Notes: generated by a model from the sequence alone, not told the origin. Counted from the first letter of the stretch, positions 51,097 to 61,014 are shown. The stretch: DNA of 64,000 bases from an uncultured Thiopseudomonas sp. (GCA_964516465.1 CAZEZR010000002.1:3327-67326), one strand, 5' to 3'. Made by a program: numbers and translations.

Positions 51097-53076
51097 ATGA
51101 CCGACAAGCCAGACGCAAGTGAAAAAAGTAGAAGAAGCCGGGTCCGCGATTCGGCCCGTGAAGTGCTTAGAAAAGCATCCAAACCCGGGCCGGGGCTTGT
51201 CCATCCCGCTTTGATTCCCGGCATCGGTATCGAGCGAACACACTTTGTTTTCGGCACCAACCCCGCTGTCTTCGCCGTTTCTGGAATATTGATTATTGCT
51301 GTCATTGCTTGGGCCATTGTTGCACCAAATAGCATCTCGGTGTCTGGCGGTGCTGCTTTGTCTTGGGTAACCAGCCGGTTTGGCTGGCTGTACGGTGTTC
51401 TTGCTCTGGCAATATTCTCTTTTATGATTGTGCTTGGTTATGGTCGTACAGGCGGTGTGCGGCTGGGTGCAGATGATGAACAACCCGAGTTTTCGACATT
51501 TTCTTGGGTCGCTATGCTGTTCTCGGCAGGAATGGGTATCGGTCTGCTGTTCTATGGTCCCTATGAACCGCTCACTTATTATGCCAACCCACCCTCAGGC
51601 TTTGCCGTTGAACCACTGACCGTCAAAGCTGCAGAAACAGCACTTGCGCAGACCGCTCTGCACTGGGGACCGATTGCTTGGTCGTTTTATGCTTTGGTTG
51701 GCGGGATGATCGCCTACAACGCTTATCGACGTGGCCGCCCAGCGCTGATCTCGGCAATGTTGGAGCCCATCTTCGGCAAATACACTCGCGGAGCGATAGG
51801 CGCTGCGTTCGATATTTTCGCCATTATAGTGACACTCTTCGGCACCGCAATTTCTCTGGGAATCGGTGCTTTGCAGATCGGCAAAGGTATGGAGATTGTC
51901 ACTGGCGCCGGCCCTTTTGGCAAAACCTTCATTGTTAGCGCCATGCTTTTATTGACTGCTGCATTTATTATTTCCGCAGTCTCAGGTGTAAAGCGCGGCA
52001 TTCGTATTTTATCCAATGCGAATATGATAGCTGCGGGGGGCTTAGCGATATTCGTACTTATTGCAGGTCCGACCCTGTTTCTGCTCAACTTTTACCCGGC
52101 ATCGATCCTGTCCTTTTTTCAGAATCTTGGCACTATGCTGATCCGCAACCCCAATCAGGGTGAAGCCGCAGCAAGCTTTATGGCCAGCTGGACCACCTAC
52201 TACTGGGCTTGGTGGATTTCTTGGGCCCCTTTCGTTGGCATGTTCATCGCCAAGATTTCCCGCGGACGAACTCTGCGCGAATTCGTCACCGTGGTTGTAA
52301 TTATTCCATCGTTGGTTTGCATCACCTGGTTTGTGATCTTTGGTGGCACAGCCATACATATGGACATGAATGGTCTGGGCTTAAGCGATCCCGGTAACTC
52401 ACCCCAGTCGATGTTGTTCAGCGTGTTAGGGAATTTACCCTTTGCGACGATAACGCCAATCATCGCCATGCTCTCAATTCTGATCTTTTTCGTAACCTCA
52501 GCCGACTCTGCTTCCATTGTTATGAGCTCATTGACCCAAAAAGGGATGCCTGAACCCTCGGCGTCGATAACCATAACCTGGGGTCTTCTACTTAGCTTAA
52601 CGGCGATTTCGCTACTGCTAGCAGGGGGAGAAAATGCATTATCCGGGCTGCAGTCGATTATGGTGGTGTCCTCACTGCCCTTTTCCTTTGTGGTCATGGC
52701 CATGATGGTCTCTTGGGCCAAGGATTTGCGCACCGACCCTTATATGTTGCGCAGCCGCTATGCTGATGCGGCTATCGCACAAGGTATACGGCTGGGTATT
52801 TCCGAACACGGCGATGATTTCGTTTTTGGCACCAGCGAGGTAGCTGTTGACGAAGGCGCAGGTGGTGGGATCGACAGCACCGACCCAAAACTGACTGCTT
52901 GGTATGTTGATATCGCCGAGGAGGGTGAAGTGGTAAGTGCCGAAGACGTGCGCCGCACTCTGACGCCCGGGCGAATCCAACCCAAAGGGCCGCCACGACC
53001 AGATCTCACCGCTTCTGGTGATGAGGTCACTGCTACCCGTGCTCGCAAGCGCCCAGCTAAAAAGGATGCGGAATAA
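51097..53076 (+). CDS. BCCT-family (betaine/choline/carnitine) transporter
   Basis: SWVAMLFSAGMGIGL, HWG, WTTYYWAWWISWAPFVGMFIAKISRGRT, FFVTSADS. Confidence 0.95.
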   Translation: MTDKPDASEKSRRSRVRDSAREVLRKASKPGPGLVHPALIPGIGIERTHFVFGTNPAVFAVSGILIIAVIAWAIVAPNSISVSGGAALSWVTSRFGWLYGVLALAIFSFMIVLGYGRTGGVRLGADDEQPEFSTFSWVAMLFSAGMGIGLLFYGPYEPLTYYANPPSGFAVEPLTVKAAETALAQTALHWGPIAWSFYALVGGMIAYNAYRRGRPALISAMLEPIFGKYTRGAIGAAFDIFAIIVTLFGTAISLGIGALQIGKGMEIVTGAGPFGKTFIVSAMLLLTAAFIISAVSGVKRGIRILSNANMIAAGGLAIFVLIAGPTLFLLNFYPASILSFFQNLGTMLIRNPNQGEAAASFMASWTTYYWAWWISWAPFVGMFIAKISRGRTLREFVTVVVIIPSLVCITWFVIFGGTAIHMDMNGLGLSDPGNSPQSMLFSVLGNLPFATITPIIAMLSILIFFVTSADSASIVMSSLTQKGMPEPSASITITWGLLLSLTAISLLLAGGENALSGLQSIMVVSSLPFSFVVMAMMVSWAKDLRTDPYMLRSRYADAAIAQGIRLGISEHGDDFVFGTSEVAVDEGAGGGIDSTDPKLTAWYVDIAEEGEVVSAEDVRRTLTPGRIQPKGPPRPDLTASGDEVTATRARKRPAKKDAE

Positions 53077-53237
53077 TAAAGCCTGCGGAAACCAATGCTC
53101 TCGATCAAAGAAGATGATCGAATTTTCCGCTGAACAACTATGAGGATTTGGGTTCGACTCATGATCTGGCACCAGAGCGGTGCCGGATCCCTATGATTCG
53201 CAACACTCTTGTAAAATTAACCTGGATGCTTTCCTTG

Positions 53238-53390
53238 TCACTCTTGCATTGTTGCAATAGGCGTTTGATGGTAAAGCGCCTTTTGTGGAATGCGATATTT
53301 ATACAGCCAGCAGCAGCATTGCAAAGTGTATGCAGTCTCAATGATCTAAATAGGAGCATTACTCAACACTGCAATTTAACGGCTCATTTT
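53238..53390 (+). pseudogene. Possible remnant of the intI promoter (LexA-like box) and first codons
   Basis: AGGCG..CGCCT hairpin 53259-53281, TGCGATATTTATACAG (right half of a LexA box) 53291-53306, then ATG CAG TCT CAA at 53330 and frameshifted LNRSITQH..LTAHF. Confidence 0.35.
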
Positions 53391-54435
53391 ATTCGCGACC
53401 GAAGTTAGCCTCATAAGCTTCTACAAAAGCGTTGCGCAATATAGACGTAAATGCTTGCCAAGCACTGACGTTTTTTTGCTCTAGACTGCCGCTAATTTCA
53501 ATTTGTGCAGCGATTCTATCTTTCGGTTGGTTACGGAAAATGCGGCCAAAAGCACCGACCACGGCTTGCCAAGCAGCACTAAAAGCACCTTGCTCCAAAT
53601 CCTGCTGCAGATCAAAAATAACAACATTATCCAGCACTGGTTTAGCATAGCCCGTCAGCTGTCCGCCTTGCGCTTTCAACTCCATAATAAAGTCGCCTGT
53701 ACCCGATTTAAAATTAAAATTCCCATACGCTTCGGTCAGATCATTGATATGCTGCAAGGGGATATCAGTGACTTTTACACTGATCACAAAGTCATGAAAA
53801 TCCCCTAAAGGATCCAGTTTTCCCTGTACTTTTGCCCGTGTATGCTCAAATAACAGTCCTTCAAGATTGAAGTCTGCAGGCACCGTATCGCTGCTGCGAT
53901 CGGCATTACTTAGATTAGTAAACGCGCCATTGAGCTCAGTTAATAACAAGTGCACATTCGGTTCTGATTTAAAATTATGAAAGTGCAAAATGCCATTATT
54001 GATAGCCAGCCGGTCGATTTCTATTGGTACCAACTGCTGCAACGTTGCCCGCCAATCTGTCCCAGCACCAGACTGAGAGCCCTGTCCTTCACCATCCACA
54101 AAGTGCAACTCAGGAACTATAAACTCGACTTCTGCAACCACTTTACCTACCAGTAACGCGCGCCAACTGACAGATAGATCAATGCTCTGCGCTTCGAAAA
54201 AAGACACCGGTACAGTTTCTTTGATTTTAACAATGTCCAGACCATGAATGACATAAGCACCACGCCATAGAGCGATATCCACAGCTGCAATAGAGCCTTG
54301 ATAATCCCCCATATCTGCAAGCTGCTCATTAAGATAATTTTTAACCAGATACGGCAAAGCCAACCGCAATCCAAGCAGGGCTAATGCCAGAATGACGATG
54401 CTAACTACAAATTTGAAAGAGTATTTTTTTGCCAT
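53389..54435 (-). CDS. DUF748-domain membrane-anchored protein
   Basis: N-terminal TM, RLALPYLVKNYLN, DIALWRGAY, GYAKP, ILRNAFVEA; probable ATG 54435. Confidence 0.8.
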   Translation of the reverse strand: MAKKYSFKFVVSIVILALALLGLRLALPYLVKNYLNEQLADMGDYQGSIAAVDIALWRGAYVIHGLDIVKIKETVPVSFFEAQSIDLSVSWRALLVGKVVAEVEFIVPELHFVDGEGQGSQSGAGTDWRATLQQLVPIEIDRLAINNGILHFHNFKSEPNVHLLLTELNGAFTNLSNADRSSDTVPADFNLEGLLFEHTRAKVQGKLDPLGDFHDFVISVKVTDIPLQHINDLTEAYGNFNFKSGTGDFIMELKAQGGQLTGYAKPVLDNVVIFDLQQDLEQGAFSAAWQAVVGAFGRIFRNQPKDRIAAQIEISGSLEQKNVSAWQAFTSILRNAFVEAYEANFGRE

Positions 54436-54780
54436 AACTTTGCAATCCTCGATCAATGTCTTCCGCATGCTTTACTGAGGTTTCAGTTATTCCACAGTCT
54501 CTTTGCGCAGCAATGCATGACTTTATCTGCGAACCGTTCTCGGTAGAGCGCTAAACCCCATCAATAGTTCTTATTTATCCGAGTAAAACGTAAATAGCCA
54601 GCAGCACTGACCTAGACACCAAGACTTTCAGTGCTGGGTTCATACTCAAGAATATGCCGAAGATCTGTTAAAAACCAATGTTACCCGCAACGATAAATTG
54701 AGACTGATGTGTTTGCGCAACAATGGCTTTGTTATACGCAAACCCATCCAAGGCACAATAGCTTAACCGCGCAAGACGTT

Positions 54781-55068
54781 TTATTTGTGCGCAATAGGCG
54801 TATCAGTAAACAGCGTTTCTCTCAGCTCTTTATCTAAGACTGGATCTCTTCTGCGAATCCACTCCAACACCATTGCAGCATGCTCTTTTTCTTCATCGCG
54901 ATTGTGGGTAAGAATGGCCTTTAACTCTTCATCTTTACACGCATCAATACGCTGGTTATACCAATCAACGGCTTCAAGCTCTTCCATCAGTGACGTAATG
55001 GCTCTGTGCATATCTCTGGTGGCGCTGGAAAGTTCTTCGATCGGCTCATGGTAACCTTCATTTGACAT
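54781..55068 (-). CDS. Encapsulin-type ferritin-like protein (EncFtn/Flp family), 95 aa
   Basis: YHEP...DMHRAITSLMEELEAVDWYNQR...HNRDEEKEHAAMVLEWIRR; GAGG RBS before ATG 55068. Confidence 0.9.
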   Translation of the reverse strand: MSNEGYHEPIEELSSATRDMHRAITSLMEELEAVDWYNQRIDACKDEELKAILTHNRDEEKEHAAMVLEWIRRRDPVLDKELRETLFTDTPIAHK

Positions 55069-55234
55069 GACCTTTACCTCGTGGCGGGTAGTTGATTCTA
55101 CATAATGTCGAGGGTTGAGCTGCTTAGCAAGACATTCCACACCCCCACAACCTCAGTTAAGCGACGACTGCTCAGCAATCCTAGACTGGCTGTCAGGAAT
55201 GGGGTATTTAGAAGTTAGCCGCGACCACTGGCTG

Positions 55235-55780
55235 TTATTCTTTTAACGCCACCACAGGATAAGTCAGTACTCCATTTTTATGAACCTGTACACCTTTGGT
55301 CAACTCTGCTGACGTAATTTTATCCTGCCCCATTAAATGAAAGACCTTCTCGCCACGGGCCAGAAGATGATCGGCAACAATGCGCCGATGGCAACGCCAC
55401 CACACAGCCTCAGAGCACATTATGGCGCAGCGCTGTTGTCGCCCCAGCGCCATCAGTCGCGTCAAGCCCTGCTGAAATGCTTGACTCAGAGCGTAATCGG
55501 CATAGTTATGAAAACTTTGATTATGCCAAAAGCCATTTACCTTAGGCTCAACATCCTTACTTTTGCTGCGTAAGCCGCCAAGCTCCTTAAGCTGCAGATA
55601 GTCGATATTGAACGGCGCTAGATGCTCCGGCAACACATCTTTGTTGTACTGAGGATTGGTTCGAGACTTTGGTATTGTGCGTATATCGACAACCAAGGTT
55701 ACTTCGGCAGCCTGCAACAACTGTACAAACTCTTCGATTGTGCGGGTGGAATGACCAATGGTATAGAAAGGCAACATCAT
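55235..55780 (-). CDS. DUF488-family protein (long type)
   Basis: YTIGHSTR, VDIRTIPKSRTNPQYN, LGGLR, MCSEAVWWRCHRRIVAD. Confidence 0.9.
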   Translation of the reverse strand: MMLPFYTIGHSTRTIEEFVQLLQAAEVTLVVDIRTIPKSRTNPQYNKDVLPEHLAPFNIDYLQLKELGGLRSKSKDVEPKVNGFWHNQSFHNYADYALSQAFQQGLTRLMALGRQQRCAIMCSEAVWWRCHRRIVADHLLARGEKVFHLMGQDKITSAELTKGVQVHKNGVLTYPVVALKE

Positions 55781-55902
55781 ACTTCTCCCAAACCCAACGC
55801 AGAGATTATCGAGCGGTAAAACAGTTTTACATTATTTATTGATTGCTAGCAGCACATTAACAACTGATACAGTAGCGGCTTGTCGCTTAAGCCAGTCCTT
55901 AG

Positions 55903-56227
55903 CAGCAATCTGCATGGTTGTTTATTTTGACCTCCAGCACACTCTGCAATCACCGAGCATGGCAAATTCTGCCGACATCATGCGCACAATAGCGGAGCCA
56001 GAAAAGCATTAAAAGCAGCAGTGCAAAAAGCAAGCATCCACAATAAGCGCCTTACTTTGCCCCCCTTATTTGCTACGCACCTCTTACAAGCTGGAGATAA
56101 TATTTGCACTGGGTATGAGCTACTCGAGCATAACGCTGTGAAAACCGCACAAATTTATCTGTATGCGTTAGCTCAACACATTGCTAACGCAACCATTCCT
56201 ACAAACAACTTGCATCGACTTAATTAA
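55903..56227 (+). pseudogene. intI: Integron integrase (IntI) C-terminal remnant, frameshifted and catalytically dead
   Basis: QQSAWLFILTSSTLCNH / GKFCRHHAHNSGARKALKAAVQKA..NKRLT...FATHLLQAG.NI.T.YELL.HN.VKT.QIY...QH; includes the integron-specific insertion; the HxxR box is destroyed. Confidence 0.85.
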
Positions 56228-56235
56228 TAAACATT

Positions 56236-56274
56236 AAAAACGCGCAGCACCTTGCGAATCTGCGCGTCTTGTTG
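56236..56274 (-). terminator. Probable metE terminator
   Basis: ACGCGCAG ... CTGCGCGT stem followed by TTTTT on the minus strand. Confidence 0.65.
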
Positions 56275-56310
56275 TCATTCTTACTTAACTGAGCGAATCA
56301 GTTATCCAAC

Positions 56311-58617
56311 CTAAGCAACCGTTTTCGCTTTATACTCTTTTCGCAGCTGCTGAGCCGCTTTAACCATATGCCCCAATGCCGCTTTGGTTTCTGGCCAGGC
56401 GCGGGTTTTTAGGCCGCAGTCGGGATTCGCCCACAGCTGTTCTACCGGTAGGCGCTGGGCGGCCTTGCGCAGCAGGTTGGCCATTTCCTCGCTGTCCGGC
56501 ACCCGTGGTGAGTGAATATCGTAGACTCCTGGACCAATATCGTTGGGGTAATGGAAAGTCTCGAAAGCGTCCAGCAACTCCATTTGTGAGCGCGAGGTTT
56601 CAATGGTGATGACATCGGCATCCATGGCGGCGATGGAGTCAATCACATCATTAAATTCGCTGTAACACATATGGGTGTGAATCTGGGTTGCATCACGCAC
56701 ACCGCTGGCTGTGAGGCGAAAGGCTTCAGTGGCCCAAGCCAGATATTCTTGCCAGTTGGCGCGGCGTAGCGGTAAACCTTCACGGAAGGCCGCTTCGTCA
56801 ATCTGAATAATTTTAATACCCGCAGCTTCCAAATCCACCACCTCATCGCGAATGGCTAATGCCAGTTGCCGTGCCTGCTCTTCACGGGACACATCCTCAC
56901 GCGGGAAGGACCACATCAGCATGGTCACCGGACCGGTCAGCATACCCTTCATGATTTTATCGGTCTGCTGCTGAGCGTATTTAATCCATTCCACCGTCAT
57001 CGCCTGTGGGCGGGTAATGTCGCCGTAAATTACTGCGGGCTTAACACAGCGGGTGCCGTAACTCTGCACCCAACCAAAACGGGTGAACAAATAACCGTCC
57101 AGTTGTTCGGCAAAGTACTCAACCATGTCGTTGCGCTCAGCTTCACCGTGGACCAGTACATCTAAGTCCAACTCTTCCTGCACTTGTACTGCATGCTTGA
57201 TTTCTTCTTGCATGGCTTGTTTGTAGTCGGCTTGGTTCAGTTTGCCCTGACGAAAGGCTGAACGCGCTGCGCGAATGTCTTGCGTCTGTGGGAACGAGCC
57301 AATGGTGGTGGTTGGGAACAGCGGTAAATCTAAACGCTCACGCTGCAATTTAATGCGCTCAGCGAAGACGGATTGACGCTGGCTGTCCGCAGGGGTGACT
57401 GCTGTTAAACGGGCCTGCACTTCGGGTTTGTGAATACGCCGTGAGTTGGCGCGACTTGCTTGTACTGTACGACTCTGTGCCAATGCTGCTTTCACTCTAG
57501 CGCTGTCAGGGTTATTTAGCGCTTCAGTTAAAATGGCCACTTCTGCGGTTTTCTGTACGGCAAAAGCCAGCCAGCTTTTCAGCTCTGCATCCAGCTGATC
57601 TTCACGCTCCAAATCCATCGGGCTGTGCAGCAATGAGCAAGATGGCGCGACCCATAAACGATCACCTAAGCGCTCATGCGCATGCTGAAGTGTTTTTAAA
57701 ACCTTCTCCAGGTCACAACGCCAGATATTACGGCCATTAACCACGCCCAGTGATAACACTTTGTAGGCGGGCAAACGATCAAGAATGGTTGGGTACTGCT
57801 CTGGAGCACGGACCAAATCAAGGTGCAAACCATCCACCGGTAGACCAGCGACTAAGCCAAGGTTCTCTTCAAGACCAGAGAAATAAGTGGCCACCAATTT
57901 TTTAACCGGCTCGGCTTGCAGCAAGTTATAGGCGCGTTCAAAAGCATTTTTCCACTCTTGCGGCAAATCGAGGCCTAGAATCGGCTCATCAATTTGCACC
58001 CACTCCACACCTTGCGCCGCTAGACGCTGGAAAATCTGCCCATAGACGGGCAACAGTTTTTCTAATAAATCCAGTTTATTAAAGTCGTCGCCTTTAACTT
58101 TGCCTAACCACAGCCAAGTCAGTGGCCCTATCAGCACGGGTTTGACCTTGTGCCCCAGTGCCAAGGCTTCATCAACTTCTTCAAACAACTGTTCCCAGCT
58201 CATAGAGAACTCAAGATCAGCAGTCAACTCGGGTACCAAGTAGTGGTAGTTAGTATCAAACCACTTAGTCATTTCTTGCGCATGGGCACCACCACAGCAG
58301 CTGCTTTCTACCACACCACGGGCCATGGCAAATAAAGTATCTAAGCTGGGTTTCTCACCGGACGTAGCAAAACGCTCGGGTATCACACCAAAAGTTAATG
58401 AGTGCGCCAGGACTTGGTCGTACCAAGCAAAATCACCCACAGGCACTAAATCAATGCCGGCATCTTTCTGCAGCTGCCAGTGTTTCGCGCGCAGTTCGCG
58501 ACCCACTTGGCGCAAGTTATCTTCAGTGATGTCGCCTTTCCAGTAGGCTTCAACGGCTTTCTTCAGTTCACGATCACCACCAATACGGGGGAAACCTAAG
58601 TTATGTGCTACGGCCAC
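56311..58617 (-). CDS. metE: Cobalamin-independent methionine synthase
   Basis: [58 protein letters not shown]. Confidence 0.98.
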   Translation of the reverse strand: MAVAHNLGFPRIGGDRELKKAVEAYWKGDITEDNLRQVGRELRAKHWQLQKDAGIDLVPVGDFAWYDQVLAHSLTFGVIPERFATSGEKPSLDTLFAMARGVVESSCCGGAHAQEMTKWFDTNYHYLVPELTADLEFSMSWEQLFEEVDEALALGHKVKPVLIGPLTWLWLGKVKGDDFNKLDLLEKLLPVYGQIFQRLAAQGVEWVQIDEPILGLDLPQEWKNAFERAYNLLQAEPVKKLVATYFSGLEENLGLVAGLPVDGLHLDLVRAPEQYPTILDRLPAYKVLSLGVVNGRNIWRCDLEKVLKTLQHAHERLGDRLWVAPSCSLLHSPMDLEREDQLDAELKSWLAFAVQKTAEVAILTEALNNPDSARVKAALAQSRTVQASRANSRRIHKPEVQARLTAVTPADSQRQSVFAERIKLQRERLDLPLFPTTTIGSFPQTQDIRAARSAFRQGKLNQADYKQAMQEEIKHAVQVQEELDLDVLVHGEAERNDMVEYFAEQLDGYLFTRFGWVQSYGTRCVKPAVIYGDITRPQAMTVEWIKYAQQQTDKIMKGMLTGPVTMLMWSFPREDVSREEQARQLALAIRDEVVDLEAAGIKIIQIDEAAFREGLPLRRANWQEYLAWATEAFRLTASGVRDATQIHTHMCYSEFNDVIDSIAAMDADVITIETSRSQMELLDAFETFHYPNDIGPGVYDIHSPRVPDSEEMANLLRKAAQRLPVEQLWANPDCGLKTRAWPETKAALGHMVKAAQQLRKEYKAKTVA

Positions 58618-58664
58618 GAGAATTCTCCTGTTAAGTTAATGCGGTTATTCTCGACTCTTGGGCT

Positions 58665-58714
58665 CTAATGAGACAAACTAAATATATTATTGATCATCAA
58701 TAGTTTTACTCATG
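58665..58714. promoter_or_regulatory. metE/metR divergent control region with candidate MetR sites
   Basis: ATGAGACAAACTAAA and AATAGTTTTACTCAT half-palindromes between the divergent starts. Confidence 0.45.
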
Positions 58715-58734
58715 TTGCTGGTTAAGGAGTTCGT

Positions 58735-59655
58735 ATGCTGGATATTCGTCATTTAAAAACCCTCTGTGCGCTACGGGATGCTGGCAGCTTAGTTGATGCA
58801 GCAGAACGCTTGCATTTAACTCAGTCGGCTTTATCCCATCAGTTTAAAGAGATGGAAGACCGCTTAGAGATGCAGTTGTTTGTACGCAAAACCAAACCAG
58901 TACGTTTTACCAGCGCGGGATTACGCCTGCTTAGACTGGCCGATGAAGTACTGCCGTTGATGCGCAGTGCCGAGCGTGATGTGGCCCGTTTACAAGGTGG
59001 TTCGGCTGGCCGTTTGCATATGGCGATTGAATGTCATAGTTGCTTTCAGTGGTTGATGCCGACCATTGATCAGTTCCGTGATGCATGGCCTGAAGTGGAA
59101 CTGGACTTGGCCTCAGGCTTTGCATTTGCTCCATTGCCGGCGTTGGCTCGGGGTGATTTAGATTTGGTGGTGACGGCCGATCCCATTGAACTCAGCGGCA
59201 TCAGCTATATTCCACTGTTTGCCTATGAGGCTCTACTGGCTGTGGCCAAGCAGCATCCACTGGCACAAAAAGCCTATGTGGAGCCGGAAGACCTTAGTTC
59301 TGAGGTGCTGATCACCTACCCTGTGGAGCGTGATCGCTTAGATATTTTCAACCACTTTTTAGAGCCTGCCGATGTTGAGCCAGCGCACCTGCGCACTGCT
59401 GAGCTGACAGTAATGATGATGCAATTGGTGGCCAGTGGCCGTGGTGTGTGCTGTTTGCCGAACTGGGCCATGCACGAGTACACCTCCAAGGGCTATGTCA
59501 GCGCTCGACGTTTAGGCGAAGAGGGTTTGTTTTCTACTCTGTATGCGGCAGTGCGCACCGATATGCTCGACGCAGCTTTTATGCAGGATTTTTTACTGAC
59601 GGCGAAAGACACCTCGTTTAGCACTTTGGCTGGGGTCAGCGCGGTGAAGGAGTAA
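58735..59655 (+). CDS. metR: LysR-family regulator MetR
   Basis: LHLTQSALSHQ, AIECHSCFQWL, LITYPV, divergent from metE. Confidence 0.95.
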   Translation: MLDIRHLKTLCALRDAGSLVDAAERLHLTQSALSHQFKEMEDRLEMQLFVRKTKPVRFTSAGLRLLRLADEVLPLMRSAERDVARLQGGSAGRLHMAIECHSCFQWLMPTIDQFRDAWPEVELDLASGFAFAPLPALARGDLDLVVTADPIELSGISYIPLFAYEALLAVAKQHPLAQKAYVEPEDLSSEVLITYPVERDRLDIFNHFLEPADVEPAHLRTAELTVMMMQLVASGRGVCCLPNWAMHEYTSKGYVSARRLGEEGLFSTLYAAVRTDMLDAAFMQDFLLTAKDTSFSTLAGVSAVKE

Positions 59656-59671
59656 AACTCAAGCGATCGGC

Positions 59672-60073
59672 TTAACCGAGTAAGATAATCACCCAAACCG
59701 CAGCAATCATGCTCATACCAACCATTTGCGCGGCGCTGCCCATATCCTTAGCATTTTTCGACAAGGGATGTCGCTCTAAGGAAATACGATCAATCGCCGC
59801 TTCAATGGCTGAGTTAAACAGCTCAATAATTAACGATAATAAACACACTGCGACCATTAAAGCGCGCTCAGCCGGAGATACATTCAGCAAAAAACTAATG
59901 GGGATTAAAATTGCATTGAGCAATAACAACTGACGAAATGCAGCTTCGCCAATAAAGGCTGCACGCAAACCGGCCCATGAATAACCGGTCGCCTTGATCA
60001 CTCGGCGTAGACCAGACTGGCCTTTAAATGGGGAAGTCGGCACTTTAATTATGCAGTCCTTTTCAGCCAACAC
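59672..60073 (-). CDS. dgkA: Diacylglycerol kinase
   Basis: YSWAGLRAAF..EAAFRQ, ELFNSAIEAAIDR, AKDMGSAA; real start probably ~60043. Confidence 0.93.
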   Translation of the reverse strand: MLAEKDCIIKVPTSPFKGQSGLRRVIKATGYSWAGLRAAFIGEAAFRQLLLLNAILIPISFLLNVSPAERALMVAVCLLSLIIELFNSAIEAAIDRISLERHPLSKNAKDMGSAAQMVGMSMIAAVWVIILLG

Positions 60074-60123
60074 ATAAGCAGCAAAGCCCTTGGTTTAGGG
60101 CAATACTGCTGACTAGTAATATA

Positions 60124-60777
60124 TTATTCGCCTTGTGGGATAGAACCCATTTGCTGCAGAAGTAATGCAGCTTGAGTACGAGTACGTACATTGAGTTTAC
60201 GGAAAATTGCCGTAACGTGTGCTTTAACTGTAGCTTCTGACACATTTAAGTCATAGGCGATTTGTTTATTGAGCAAACCATCACATACCATGGTTAAAAC
60301 ACGGAACTGTTGTGGAGTTAAGCTGGCCACACCGGCACTGGCAGCTTTTTCTTCTGCTGTCACCGCTGCGCTAGCCGCAGTTTGCGCAGGCCACCACACC
60401 TCACCATCGAGAACCATTTGCACCGCTGCTTGAATATCTTCCAGCGGGCTGGATTTTGGAATAAAACCACTGGCGCCAAACTCACGGGCACGGGCCATGA
60501 TATTGGCTTCTTCTTGCGCAGAAATCATTACCACAGGGACGTGGGGGTATTGCCCACGCAACAGCACTAACCCAGAAAACCCATGGGCTCCTGGCATATT
60601 TAAATCTAAGAGAACTAAGTCCCAATCGGATTTTTCTTTCAAACAGCCTTCGAGCTCAGCAATGTTTTCTGCTTCAACCAAACGCACAGCGCTGCCCAAG
60701 CTTAAAGTCAATGCTTGCCGTAAGGCACTCCGGAACAGCGGGTGGTCATCTGCAATCAGTATTTCATAAGCAGCCAT
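60124..60777 (-). CDS. erdR: LuxR-family response regulator, ErdR-like
   Basis: IADDHPLFR, LDLNMPGAHGFSGL, LTPQQFRVL, GLLNKQIAY; adjacent to dgkA as in Pseudomonas. Confidence 0.85.
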   Translation of the reverse strand: MAAYEILIADDHPLFRSALRQALTLSLGSAVRLVEAENIAELEGCLKEKSDWDLVLLDLNMPGAHGFSGLVLLRGQYPHVPVVMISAQEEANIMARAREFGASGFIPKSSPLEDIQAAVQMVLDGEVWWPAQTAASAAVTAEEKAASAGVASLTPQQFRVLTMVCDGLLNKQIAYDLNVSEATVKAHVTAIFRKLNVRTRTQAALLLQQMGSIPQGE

Positions 60778-61014
60778 TATAAGAATCCTGTCTCTTTTAT
60801 TTTTAGTAGTGCGGTGCTTATTATTCATCGGCCATTCAGGCAGTCATATCAGTTTTACAACCTGCTGCGAACCGTTTTGCATAAGCACTCACAAGTCTTT
60901 GTAGTGAAGCTCTTGCCGCACACTTAGAAACCTATACTACATAAAACCTAGCCAAAGGTCTTATAATGGACATAATTAATTGAACTTTTGCGCGCCCTGT
61001 GTGACTTCGGTCAA

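Noticed and set aside
53147-53174. GGTTCGACTC...TGGCACCA resembling a tRNA 3' end or att site
   Set aside because: The T-stem does not pair and the spacing is one base short; TGGCACC is explained as one arm of the GATCTGGCACC/GGTGCCGGATC hairpin after the BCCT gene.
12278-55780. Strong minus-strand gene bias as proof of one giant cassette array
   Set aside because: Core genes (his, metE) share the bias, so replication-strand preference explains it; most intergenic regions show no attC pattern.
56021-56227. 68-aa ORF as a functional small recombinase
   Set aside because: It is the tail of the IntI pseudogene; catalytic residues are lost and similarity continues upstream of its apparent start.
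16190-56274. Similar hairpins after ilvD and metE as a REP family
   Set aside because: Only two loosely similar copies, both at gene ends with T tails; ordinary terminators suffice.
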